Positions 40,993-49,867 of a stretch of DNA of 64,000 bases are shown one piece after another. The translations under genes were made by a program, and so were the position numbers. The stretch comes from an uncultured Bacilli bacterium (lineage in GTDB: Bacteria > Bacillota_I > Bacilli_A > RF39 > UBA660). The stretch lies in contig CAKPDM010000003.1 in NCBI GenBank assembly GCA_934148995.1, positions 66,148 to 130,147 on the forward strand, given 5' to 3'. The notes beneath the pieces are model-generated. The model was not told the DNA's origin and ran no database searches. It saw nothing but the letters and a program-made list of their open reading frames with translations. Within the stretch, counting starts at the first letter, position 1; each line of letters begins with the position of its first letter.

Positions 40993-41895
40993 ATGAACAA
41001 AAGCAAATTAGCTATAGTAATCGCTTTAATAGCAGTTAGTATGGTTACTTTAGTAGGCAGTAGTTATGCATTATTTACCAAAAGTTTAGAAGGAACGAAA
41101 AAAGTATCAATTCAAACTGGAACTTTAAAGGTGGATTTTTCAGAAGGAGATAGCATCAAATTAGAAAACTCTGCTCCCATGAGTGATAGTGCTGGAACGA
41201 ATACTACTCCTTATACTTTTACTATAGAAAATACAGGTAATGTAAATGCTTTCTATACAATTAGAAATGAGGAAGACAGTGCTAGTACACTAGATACTGT
41301 TTATCTAAAATATAGATTAGTAGGTGATAATGGCTATGACTCTGGTATAAGAGTGTTATCAGCAGCGGGAACTGATGGTTATTTAGCAACTACTTCAACT
41401 TTAGATACAGGAAAGACTGTTACTTATAAGTTATATATGTGGATTTCTCAAGATGCCACAAATGATATTCAAGATAAGATTTATCAAAGTAAAATAGTTG
41501 TTCAAAGTGTAAGTAATCTAGTAAGTCACTATGCTTTTGGAAATCCAACAGAAGCTGATAAGATTAACTATCTAGATGTCATTAATGCGAATGGTTATAA
41601 AGTATTAAATAGATTGTATGGAACAGAAAAAGCTGTTTGTATCTATAAAGATGATACTTTAGAATGTTTCAAAGAAAATAATTATCAAGAAGAGGCTAGT
41701 CATTTAAAAAGTGTCTTTGGAGAGAGTAATTGTACTACTACTGAATCTGGTACTAGTTGTACTGTAACAACAAATAATGATACATTCTACTGTAATGCTG
41801 ATAGTAGCTCATTATATTGTGTTTATAACTCAGAAGCAGCTGTTTGTAAAATTGACAGTTCAGGTACAGCTTCTTGTTCAACAAGTGTTAAATAA
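40993..41895 (+). CDS. secreted TasA/camelysin-like N-domain protein with Cys-rich C-terminus
   Basis: LVGSSYALFT...QTGTLKVDF...NSAPMSD...YTFTIENTGNVNAFY. The C-terminal 90 aa contain about 10 Cys. Confidence 0.6.
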   Translation: MNKSKLAIVIALIAVSMVTLVGSSYALFTKSLEGTKKVSIQTGTLKVDFSEGDSIKLENSAPMSDSAGTNTTPYTFTIENTGNVNAFYTIRNEEDSASTLDTVYLKYRLVGDNGYDSGIRVLSAAGTDGYLATTSTLDTGKTVTYKLYMWISQDATNDIQDKIYQSKIVVQSVSNLVSHYAFGNPTEADKINYLDVINANGYKVLNRLYGTEKAVCIYKDDTLECFKENNYQEEASHLKSVFGESNCTTTESGTSCTVTTNNDTFYCNADSSSLYCVYNSEAAVCKIDSSGTASCSTSVK

Positions 41896-41926
41896 TAAAA
41901 AAACTCTAGGCATTTCTCCTGGAGTT

Positions 41927-43312
41927 TTAATTTTCATCTATTTCAGTTTCATCAGTTTCTATCTTTGGAAGATCTGATTGTGTTTCTTCATCATCTGGAT
42001 CATTAATAGGAATTATCTCTGGAACTTCATCATCATTGTCTTCATTTTCTTCCTGTTCATTCTTTTGAGAAATAACAGTGGCATCTTCACTAATTAAACC
42101 AATCTTCATCAAAGTATCTAAGTCATCATCAATATCAATAATACGATAAATTTCTTCAAAGGAAGTAGTACCATCAAGGACTTTATAAAGACCATCTTGT
42201 AACATCGTAATAACATCAGAGTTGTAAACTATTTTCTGAAGATTTTCTTTCTTCATTTCCTCTTCATTTAAAGCATTTCTAATTTCATCGTTAATCATTA
42301 ATACTTCTTGAATTGCAACACGGTCGTGATAACCACCAGAACAGTATTCACATCCATCATGATTAGCAACATAAGTTTCTTCTACATCTTGATGAAGTGC
42401 TAATCTAAATACTTTCTTTTGATATGGAGTAGTAGCTTCCTTCTTGCGGCAATGTTTACAAAGCATTTTTGCAAGTCGTTGAGAAATAATTCCTGTTAAA
42501 GCACTAGATAATAAGTATCTTTCAACATTCATATCAAGTAGACGTTCGATAGTGCTTAATGAGTTATTAGTATGGACAGTTGATAAAACCAAATGGCCAG
42601 TGATAGAGGCACGAACAGCGATTTTTGCTGTTTCACTATCACGAATTTCTCCGATAAGTATGACATTCGGGTCCTGACGTAAGATAGATCTTAAAACAGT
42701 CGCAAAGTCAAGACCAATTTCACTATTAACTTGGACTTGATTTAAACCTTCAAGATTCATTTCGATTGGGTCTTCAACTGTTATAATGTTAGTTTCCTTC
42801 TTATTAAGAACTTGTAATATTGAGTAAACAGTTGTACTTTTACCAGAACCAGTAGCCCCAGTTATTAAGATAATACCATTTGGTTCTTGAATCATCTTTT
42901 TAAGTTTTACTAAGTTTTTTTCATTAAATCCTAAAGAATCAATACCTGCTAAGCTTCTTGAATAGTCAAGAATACGGATAACGCACTTTTCTCCTTCATT
43001 AGTTGGAAGGGTAGAAACACGAGTTTCCATTGGAACTCCTTTAATTACTCCCTTGATAGCACCATCTTGCGGAAGACGACTTTCCGTAATATTCATATTA
43101 GCTAGCAGTTTAATTCTAGTGATTAAATTTCTTTCATATATTTTGTCAATTTTTGTATAATCTCTTAAATCTCCATCGACACGCATACGTACCATCAAGT
43201 ATTCTTCTCGAGGGTCAAAGTGAATATCACTTGTACCATGAGTAGCGCCATATGCTAAGATATCATCAACGACATTAACGACGGGAGTTTTAGTCATATC
43301 ATAAGAAACCAT
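41927..43312 (-). CDS. type II/IV secretion ATPase (PilB/GspE/ComGA-like) with acidic C-terminal tail
   Basis: Walker A GATGSGKST, Asp box, Walker B ILIGEIRD, His box, tetracysteine CKHC...CEYC, and a roughly 60-aa D/E-rich tail. Confidence 0.85.
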   Translation of the reverse strand: MVSYDMTKTPVVNVVDDILAYGATHGTSDIHFDPREEYLMVRMRVDGDLRDYTKIDKIYERNLITRIKLLANMNITESRLPQDGAIKGVIKGVPMETRVSTLPTNEGEKCVIRILDYSRSLAGIDSLGFNEKNLVKLKKMIQEPNGIILITGATGSGKSTTVYSILQVLNKKETNIITVEDPIEMNLEGLNQVQVNSEIGLDFATVLRSILRQDPNVILIGEIRDSETAKIAVRASITGHLVLSTVHTNNSLSTIERLLDMNVERYLLSSALTGIISQRLAKMLCKHCRKKEATTPYQKKVFRLALHQDVEETYVANHDGCEYCSGGYHDRVAIQEVLMINDEIRNALNEEEMKKENLQKIVYNSDVITMLQDGLYKVLDGTTSFEEIYRIIDIDDDLDTLMKIGLISEDATVISQKNEQEENEDNDDEVPEIIPINDPDDEETQSDLPKIETDETEIDEN

Positions 43313-43397
43313 GTTATCAACCCCTTCAATTTTGATATGGTATTTTACTATAATCTATTATATAATAGGTTTAAGATTGGTGCAAGGGGTGAGATGT

Positions 43398-43937
43398 GTG
43401 AAAAGAAAACATCCATTAAACAAAAGAGGCTTTATGCTTTTAGAAACCTTAATTGTTAGCATTTTTGTAATGACTATTTTTGCAATGCTTTACACTAATT
43501 TATTTCCATTACTTGGTGAATACGAACGATATCGAACTTATGATAGTGTGGAAGGAACTTATATTGCACACTGGGCGAGAAAAATAGTTTTAAATGGTTT
43601 AGGTGATTGGTTATTTACAACTGCAGATAATAATGGTTATGTCAATATTTCTGATTGTAAACTGTATACTAAAAATGAAATGGATAGCTGGTGTGCTAAT
43701 TTCAAAAGAACTAATAAAGTGTCAAAGATCTATTTAACTACTTACTCAACGCAAAAATTTAAGAATCATGTTAATAGTACATCTTATCAACGTGACTTTA
43801 AAGATTACGCCAGTTATATACCGACATATAGTAGAAATACTACAAAGATAAATAACGGTAAGTATTATCATGTTATTGTTGAATATGCCAAAAATGATAC
43901 TAATAACTATGGAATAATGGAGGTTAATAGGAACTAA
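43398..43937 (+). CDS. prepilin-type (pseudopilin) protein
   Basis: Class III leader KRG/FMLLETLIV. GTG 43398 follows AAGGGGTGAG. The tracked upstream extension overlaps the ATPase gene. Confidence 0.65.
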   Translation: MKRKHPLNKRGFMLLETLIVSIFVMTIFAMLYTNLFPLLGEYERYRTYDSVEGTYIAHWARKIVLNGLGDWLFTTADNNGYVNISDCKLYTKNEMDSWCANFKRTNKVSKIYLTTYSTQKFKNHVNSTSYQRDFKDYASYIPTYSRNTTKINNGKYYHVIVEYAKNDTNNYGIMEVNRN

Positions 43938-44500
43938 TGAAGATTAATAATAAAGGAATGACTTCTATTGAACTCTTAATCACTTTTGCTATTTTGTCAT
44001 TTGTTGTAACTGGTATGTTTGATGTTGTTTTAAACTATAAAGATAAAGAACAGATAGAGTCAATTAGAGGAAGTGTTGTTCAATATGAGAACAGCTTAGA
44101 AAAATTAATACAAGATGATTTCATAAAAGGTCATTTAAAAAGTGTAGCAGTAAATACTACTAATACAAACTTACTAACTGCTACTTTTCAGATGGAAAAA
44201 GATGTGACTACTGGTAGTGCTTATGCCACCACTCTTCAAATCGATATTGTAAATGGCGTAATTAGTTATGGTAAAACTGCTGAAGTCATTAAGTACCCAA
44301 TCCCAAAGTTTGATACTAGTTATGGAAGTAATTCGACTATAACATTAGCAATTGATAAGAGTAGAACGTTGATTGAGACTAGCGGCGATAGTAAAAATCA
44401 ATTTGTTAAAATAAATATTGCTTTTACTCATCCGAACTTCGAGGATGGCGAATTAACTTTCACCATTGCTAGTCCGGTTAATTACCCTTATAATCTTTAA
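43937..44500 (+). CDS. prepilin-type (pseudopilin) protein
   Basis: NKG/MTSIELLITFAIL N-terminal cleavage/methylation-type motif. Confidence 0.65.
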   Translation: MKINNKGMTSIELLITFAILSFVVTGMFDVVLNYKDKEQIESIRGSVVQYENSLEKLIQDDFIKGHLKSVAVNTTNTNLLTATFQMEKDVTTGSAYATTLQIDIVNGVISYGKTAEVIKYPIPKFDTSYGSNSTITLAIDKSRTLIETSGDSKNQFVKINIAFTHPNFEDGELTFTIASPVNYPYNL

Positions 44501-45411
44501 CAAAGGAAAAGGATAGAAGCGATTACTGATTGTAGGACTCTACCGATTAAGAAGTTATAATAAGATAGGTCAGTCTTCTTAATTGCATTAATAACTTGTA
44601 AATGCACCGATAAGCTTCCAAAAGTAATAAAATTTAACATGATTAAAGCTTTTATTTTCAAAGAAAAATCAAGTGTTGGAACAAGACTTATTCCCGTAGT
44701 AAGGTCCATGAAACCAGAAAAGATTACTTTCGTAAAGTTAGATTCGTTAAAAAAGAGAAGGAAGCAATTAGTAAAAAACTGAAAGATAGTGATAGAACCC
44801 AGCATAAAGATTAATACTTGCATAGCTTCATTTATAGCATCAGGTAGAAATAATAAAATATTAGGAGTAGGAGGAAGTTCTACTTCTTTTTTAACGGTTT
44901 CTTTTCTAACTTTAGGTCTTAATAAAATACCAAGAACAATATTAGATATTAGTTGAATAATAAATATTTTATAAGCAAGTCTTTTATTTCCTAGAAGTAA
45001 GCCACAAGTTCCAAGAACAAATAATGGATTAGCAAAATGTGTAAATACTAATAAATTATTTCCTTCATCTTTACTTATATAACCAGCTTCATAATCTTTA
45101 ACAATATATTTAGCACCAGAAGGAAAACCAGAAATCATACTCATCAACAGAATAAAACTTGAATTTTCTCCAAGATGAAAAATACAATTCATTATCTTCT
45201 TAAAATATTTACTAAGTATAACTGGATAACCCATATTGATAAATAAGAATGATAAAACAAAAAAGGGAAAGATAGAGGGAAATATTTTTTCTCTAAAAAT
45301 AAGTAGGGCATTAATAGATGTATCAATCATTACTGTTGGAAAACAAAATATTCCAAAGTAAGCAAATAAAAGGATAATCGCTCCTAGCAAATAGTAATAT
45401 TTTTTCTTCAT
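44497..45411 (-). CDS. nucleoside-recognition (Gate) domain membrane protein, YlbJ-like
   Basis: Polytopic. IFPSIFPFFVLS motif. Divergent from a ylbL-like gene, as in Bacillus. Confidence 0.45.
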   Translation of the reverse strand: MKKKYYYLLGAIILLFAYFGIFCFPTVMIDTSINALLIFREKIFPSIFPFFVLSFLFINMGYPVILSKYFKKIMNCIFHLGENSSFILLMSMISGFPSGAKYIVKDYEAGYISKDEGNNLLVFTHFANPLFVLGTCGLLLGNKRLAYKIFIIQLISNIVLGILLRPKVRKETVKKEVELPPTPNILLFLPDAINEAMQVLIFMLGSITIFQFFTNCFLLFFNESNFTKVIFSGFMDLTTGISLVPTLDFSLKIKALIMLNFITFGSLSVHLQVINAIKKTDLSYYNFLIGRVLQSVIASILFLC

Positions 45412-45456
45412 ATTTTTTAAACCTCTGCTATAATGTATTATAAAGGTGTTGATAAA

Positions 45457-46479
45457 ATGTTTAATAAACTATATGAAAAATTTAAAAACTTTATGTCAGA
45501 AAATCTAAAAACTATCATTGTTTTTCTTCTCCTTTATTTAGTATTAACGATACCATTACCTTATTATGTCTATGCTGGTGGTGGTACCATCGATATAAGT
45601 AGTAGAGTAAATGTTAAAAGTTCTAAGAAAAATAAAATTGATGGCAAAATGTACTTTGCTTATGTAAGAGAATTAAAAGGAAATACAGCTACTTATCTGT
45701 TATCAAAAATAATAAAAGATTGGGATTTAGAAAAAGAGGAAGATGTAACTCTTACTGATGATGAAACAATGGAAGATGTTACTTTTAGAGACCGTATTTA
45801 TCTAAAAAGTGCTAATCAAAGTGCTATTTTACAAGCTTATCAAAAAGCGGGTAAGAAGGTCACAATCAAAGCAAGTCATCCTTATGTTTTATATGTCACT
45901 GAAAAAGAAGAGAATGGTCTTAGAGTAGGGGATGAAGTCGTTAGTGTTGAGAATGAGAAATATGTTGATATTACAGAATTTAGAAAGTTAATTAATAGCA
46001 AAGAAGTCGGCGATAAGATAAATTTAGTAGTTAAAAGAGATAAAAAGGAAAAAAATGTTACTGTCACTATTAAGGAAAATGAAGGCACTAAACAAGCAGG
46101 TGTTAGTATCATGACGATTTATGATTATGATACTGATCCTAAAATAGAGTTAAAATTCAAACAAAGTGAAAGTGGTCCATCTGGTGGATTAATGTTAACG
46201 CTTGCTATTTATAATAATTTAACAAAGAAAGATATTACTAATGGTAAAAAAATCGTCGGTACTGGAACTATTGAAGAAGATGGTAGTGTCGGAAGTATCG
46301 GTGGTGTTAAATATAAATTGAATGGAGCAGTAAGACAAAAAGCTGATGTATTTTTAGTGCCTGCTGGTGAAAACTATGAAGAAGCGATGAAGGAAAAAAA
46401 GAGAAAAGGCTATTCAATTAGAATAGAAGCAGTAGCAACTTTTGATGATGCTCTAAAAGTTTTAGAAAAATTTTCTTAA
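45457..46479 (+). CDS. YlbL/SepM-type PDZ plus Lon-like serine protease
   Basis: TM anchor, PDZ (LRVGDEVVSVEN) and Lon-C-like domain SGPSGGLMLTLAIY...GTGTIEEDGSVGSIGGVKYK. Confidence 0.75.
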   Translation: MFNKLYEKFKNFMSENLKTIIVFLLLYLVLTIPLPYYVYAGGGTIDISSRVNVKSSKKNKIDGKMYFAYVRELKGNTATYLLSKIIKDWDLEKEEDVTLTDDETMEDVTFRDRIYLKSANQSAILQAYQKAGKKVTIKASHPYVLYVTEKEENGLRVGDEVVSVENEKYVDITEFRKLINSKEVGDKINLVVKRDKKEKNVTVTIKENEGTKQAGVSIMTIYDYDTDPKIELKFKQSESGPSGGLMLTLAIYNNLTKKDITNGKKIVGTGTIEEDGSVGSIGGVKYKLNGAVRQKADVFLVPAGENYEEAMKEKKRKGYSIRIEAVATFDDALKVLEKFS

Positions 46480-46518
46480 ACTATAGTGTATAATATTAAA
46501 TAAAGGAAGTGATTTTTA

Positions 46519-47259
46519 GTGGACTTGAAAAAATTAAAAACTGAATTAATTGAACAGAAAAAGTCAAAGTTTAAAGGAAATATCTATCATTTTTCCCAAG
46601 TTAACTTTGCTTTTAACTCTAATAAAATAGAAGGTGGACACTTAACAGAAGATGAAACCGAAGAAATCTTTGAAACTAATTCATTTATTCCCAAGGCTGA
46701 TGATGCTATAAAACTTGACGACTTAATTGAAATGAAAAATCATTTTCGTTTGTTCGATTATATGTTAGATATCATTGATGAGGAACTTAGTAAAGAAAAT
46801 ATCATTGAAATGAATAAAATTTTAAAGAGAAATACTACTGATGAAGACAATCCAAGATATAATGTTGGTGGTTTTAAAGTAGTTCCAAATAAAATAGGGC
46901 TAATCAATGTCATTAACACTTCATCGCCTGCTGATGTAGAAAAAGATATAGAAACTTTATTAGAATGGTATAAAAGTATAGAAAATGTAACACTAGAAGA
47001 TATTATCGAATTTCACGTAAGATTTGAAAGAATTCATCCCTTCGGTGATGGCAATGGTCGTGTCGGCAGAATAATAATGTTTAAAGAGTGTCTAAAAAAT
47101 AATATACTTCCTTTTATCGTTTTAGATACTGATAAGCCATACTATATGAGGGGATTAAAAGAATATAAAAACGATAAGATGTATTTAATAGATACTATAA
47201 AAAATGAACAAGATATCTATGAACAAGTCTGTAATCAGTTACTTGATTTCGAATTATAA
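46519..47259 (+). CDS. Fic-family protein with intramolecular inhibitory motif
   Basis: Fic motif HPFGDGNGRVGR and an N-terminal SNKIEG matching the (S/T)xxxE(G/N) inhibitory helix. Confidence 0.8.
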   Translation: MDLKKLKTELIEQKKSKFKGNIYHFSQVNFAFNSNKIEGGHLTEDETEEIFETNSFIPKADDAIKLDDLIEMKNHFRLFDYMLDIIDEELSKENIIEMNKILKRNTTDEDNPRYNVGGFKVVPNKIGLINVINTSSPADVEKDIETLLEWYKSIENVTLEDIIEFHVRFERIHPFGDGNGRVGRIIMFKECLKNNILPFIVLDTDKPYYMRGLKEYKNDKMYLIDTIKNEQDIYEQVCNQLLDFEL

Positions 47260-47309
47260 ATTATTAAGACATATAAAAAATTCTAAAGATATACTCTCTA
47301 GAATTTTTC

Positions 47310-47996
47310 TTATAATAAAGATAAACAAATCAAGATACTGTTATGTATCATGTGCATCATAATAGAAGTAAATACCGTATCTGTTTCATAATCAGCTAGT
47401 GCAAAGACAAATCCTAGGGCACCATATGGGACGATATAAAGAAGTTCTAATGGATTGGTACTATTCATAACATGAAGATATCCAAATACTAGAAAGGAAA
47501 TAATTGCAAAGACCCACTTGTTCTTGAAAATCGTTTGGAAAGTCTTTCTAAAAGTAATCTCTTCTAGGATTGGTGCAAATATTCCTGCTGCAATAAACAT
47601 AAGTATTGGACTAGCTGGTATTAAACTTTGGACATTTTGCTCATTAGTAGAATTACTTAATGATGTAAAAAGAGAAATTGCTATATTAGAAGTCATCATA
47701 ATACCAAGACCTATCAACCAGTATTTTAAACCAGTATCGAAACATTTAGCAAAATTATCTTTGAATCTTTTAAACTCTCTTTTTAAATCCTTTCGATAGA
47801 TGAAATAAAACATAAAAAATAACACAATATCAGATAAAACAGTTAAGATTAAAAAATTTAAATCAGAAATATGTTTTAAATCAATTCTTAGAATTACTGC
47901 AAAAAAAACTTTAAAATAACTAGATGCAAAGAAAAGCAAGATAACACTAATCGCTTTAACTATATATATAATCTTTTCTTTAAGAGTATCACTCAT
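47310..47996 (-). CDS. CPBP-family intramembrane glutamic endopeptidase
   Basis: EEITFRKTF, FGYLH and HMIHN motifs in a polytopic protein. Confidence 0.8.
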   Translation of the reverse strand: MSDTLKEKIIYIVKAISVILLFFASSYFKVFFAVILRIDLKHISDLNFLILTVLSDIVLFFMFYFIYRKDLKREFKRFKDNFAKCFDTGLKYWLIGLGIMMTSNIAISLFTSLSNSTNEQNVQSLIPASPILMFIAAGIFAPILEEITFRKTFQTIFKNKWVFAIISFLVFGYLHVMNSTNPLELLYIVPYGALGFVFALADYETDTVFTSIMMHMIHNSILICLSLL

Positions 47997-48133
47997 ATGT
48001 CCACCTCACTATAAATATAATACCATCAGCAAAAAGAAAAAACTAGACAAAATTAAATTATTTGGTTATAATGAGTAGTAAGAAAGGAGTGGGAACTAAA
48101 ATGATCCCACTCTTTCTAGTTGAAGGAGGTACT

Positions 48134-48391
48134 ATGGAAGAAGAAATTAAAAGCTTAATAAGTGATGCCATCAAAGACCTTAATCTTAGAGTAAGTAGTG
48201 TTTATGACTCTAATGAAGAAGGGGTTAAAACAAGAAATATTGAGCTTGATAGCGATGAAGTTATTGATGTTGAAAAAATAACTTTAGCAACAAAAATAAT
48301 TAATCCAATACTAGATAAAACTAATCTTTTAAATGATGTAGAAGTATTAGATATTCATTCTAAAGAGAAAGGAGATATAAACAATGAATAG
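48134..48391 (+). CDS. short RimP-like protein (N-terminal domain only)
   Basis: Position immediately upstream of and overlapping nusA. GAAGGAGG SD before ATG 48134. Only 85 aa. Confidence 0.45.
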   Translation: MEEEIKSLISDAIKDLNLRVSSVYDSNEEGVKTRNIELDSDEVIDVEKITLATKIINPILDKTNLLNDVEVLDIHSKEKGDINNE

Positions 48392-49583
48392 TAAAGAGTT
48401 TTTAAAAGCAGTTGATAATATTGTAAAAGAAAAGAATATTGACAAAAGTATAGTTTATGAAGCTATGCAACAAGCACTAACTTCTGCTTATAAGAAAAAC
48501 TATAATACAAAGAATAGTAATGTAAAAGTATTAATTAATGAAAAAACAGGAGAGATAAAAGTATATTCTTATTTAACCGTAGTTGAAGATGAAAAGATGA
48601 CTAGAGAAGAATATGAAGATTATCTATTTGAACATTATACAGATGAAGATGAGGAAGAAGGAATAGAATCTAAAGAAGAGGATGAGGAGCAAGAAGAAAA
48701 AGAAAAAATTAGTTTCTTTAATCCAGAATGTGAAATTAGATTAACTGATGCTAGAAAGATAGATAAAAGTTTAAATATTGGTGATACTATTGATACTGAA
48801 GTAACTCCTCATGATTTTGGAAGAGTAGCTGCTTCTACTGCTAAACAAGTTGTAGTTCAAAAGATAAGAGAAGCTGAAAGAAATAGTATTATGGCAGAGT
48901 TTGGTGATAAACAAGATGAATTATTAATCGGAACAGTTGCTTTAGAAGATACTGATAATTATTATATTGATTTAGGACGTTGTAACGGTATTTTACCAAA
49001 GAAAGATATTATTCCTGGTGAAAAGATTGAGATGGGAAGTCAGTTAAAAGTATATGTTAGTAAAGTTGATAATAATGGACGTAGCTTATTAGTATTACTT
49101 TCTAGAACACATTATGGTTTTGTTAAACGTTTATTTGAACATGAAATACCAGAACTTAGAGATGGTACTGTTTTAATGTATGCTGTTGCAAGAGATGCTG
49201 GTAACCGTAGTAAAGTAGCAGTTTACTCTGAAAATAATAATGTAGATCCAATCGGTGCTTGTATTGGTGAAAAGGGAAGTCGTATTGCTAATATAATTAC
49301 AGAATTACATGGTGAAAAAGTAGATATTATTAAATATGATAAAGACCCAGTAGAATTTATTCGTAATGCTTTATCACCTGCTAAAGATTTAACTGTATTA
49401 TTAACAGACCCTAATAAAAAAGAAGCAATTGTAATAGCAGATGGTGATAATTTCTCTTTAGCAATTGGTAAAAGAGGAATGAATGCTAAACTTGCTAGTC
49501 GTTTAACTAAATATAATATTGATATTAAAACAAGAGAACAAGCAAAAGAGTTAGGAATTAATATTAAAAAAGAAGGTGAGTAA
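48384..49583 (+). CDS. nusA: transcription termination/antitermination factor NusA
   Basis: N-terminal domain, acidic insert, S1 and two KH domains (IGACIGEKGSRI, LAIGKRGMNAKLASRL). Confidence 0.9.
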   Translation: MNSKEFLKAVDNIVKEKNIDKSIVYEAMQQALTSAYKKNYNTKNSNVKVLINEKTGEIKVYSYLTVVEDEKMTREEYEDYLFEHYTDEDEEEGIESKEEDEEQEEKEKISFFNPECEIRLTDARKIDKSLNIGDTIDTEVTPHDFGRVAASTAKQVVVQKIREAERNSIMAEFGDKQDELLIGTVALEDTDNYYIDLGRCNGILPKKDIIPGEKIEMGSQLKVYVSKVDNNGRSLLVLLSRTHYGFVKRLFEHEIPELRDGTVLMYAVARDAGNRSKVAVYSENNNVDPIGACIGEKGSRIANIITELHGEKVDIIKYDKDPVEFIRNALSPAKDLTVLLTDPNKKEAIVIADGDNFSLAIGKRGMNAKLASRLTKYNIDIKTREQAKELGINIKKEGE

Positions 49584-49586
49584 GAG

Positions 49587-49850
49587 ATGAAAGTAAGAAA
49601 AATACCTTACAGAACTTGCTCCGTTACTGGTGAGAAACTAGAAAAGAAAGACCTTCTTCGTATAGTTAGAAACAAAGAAGGAGAGGTCTTTGTTGATATA
49701 ACTGGAAAGAAAAACGGTCGTGGCGCATATATTAAAAAAGACTTAGAAGTCTTAAAAGAAGCCAAGAAAAGAAAAAGTCTAGAAAGAAAGTTAGAATGTA
49801 CTATTCCTGATAGTATATATGAGGAAATTGAAAAAATAATTGAAAATTAA
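49587..49850 (+). CDS. ylxR: YlxR/RnpM (DUF448) RNA-binding protein
   Basis: RTCSVTGEK...LLRIV...GRGAYI. Confidence 0.85.
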   Translation: MKVRKIPYRTCSVTGEKLEKKDLLRIVRNKEGEVFVDITGKKNGRGAYIKKDLEVLKEAKKRKSLERKLECTIPDSIYEEIEKIIEN

Positions 49851-49867
49851 AGAAAGAGGTGAAGTGT

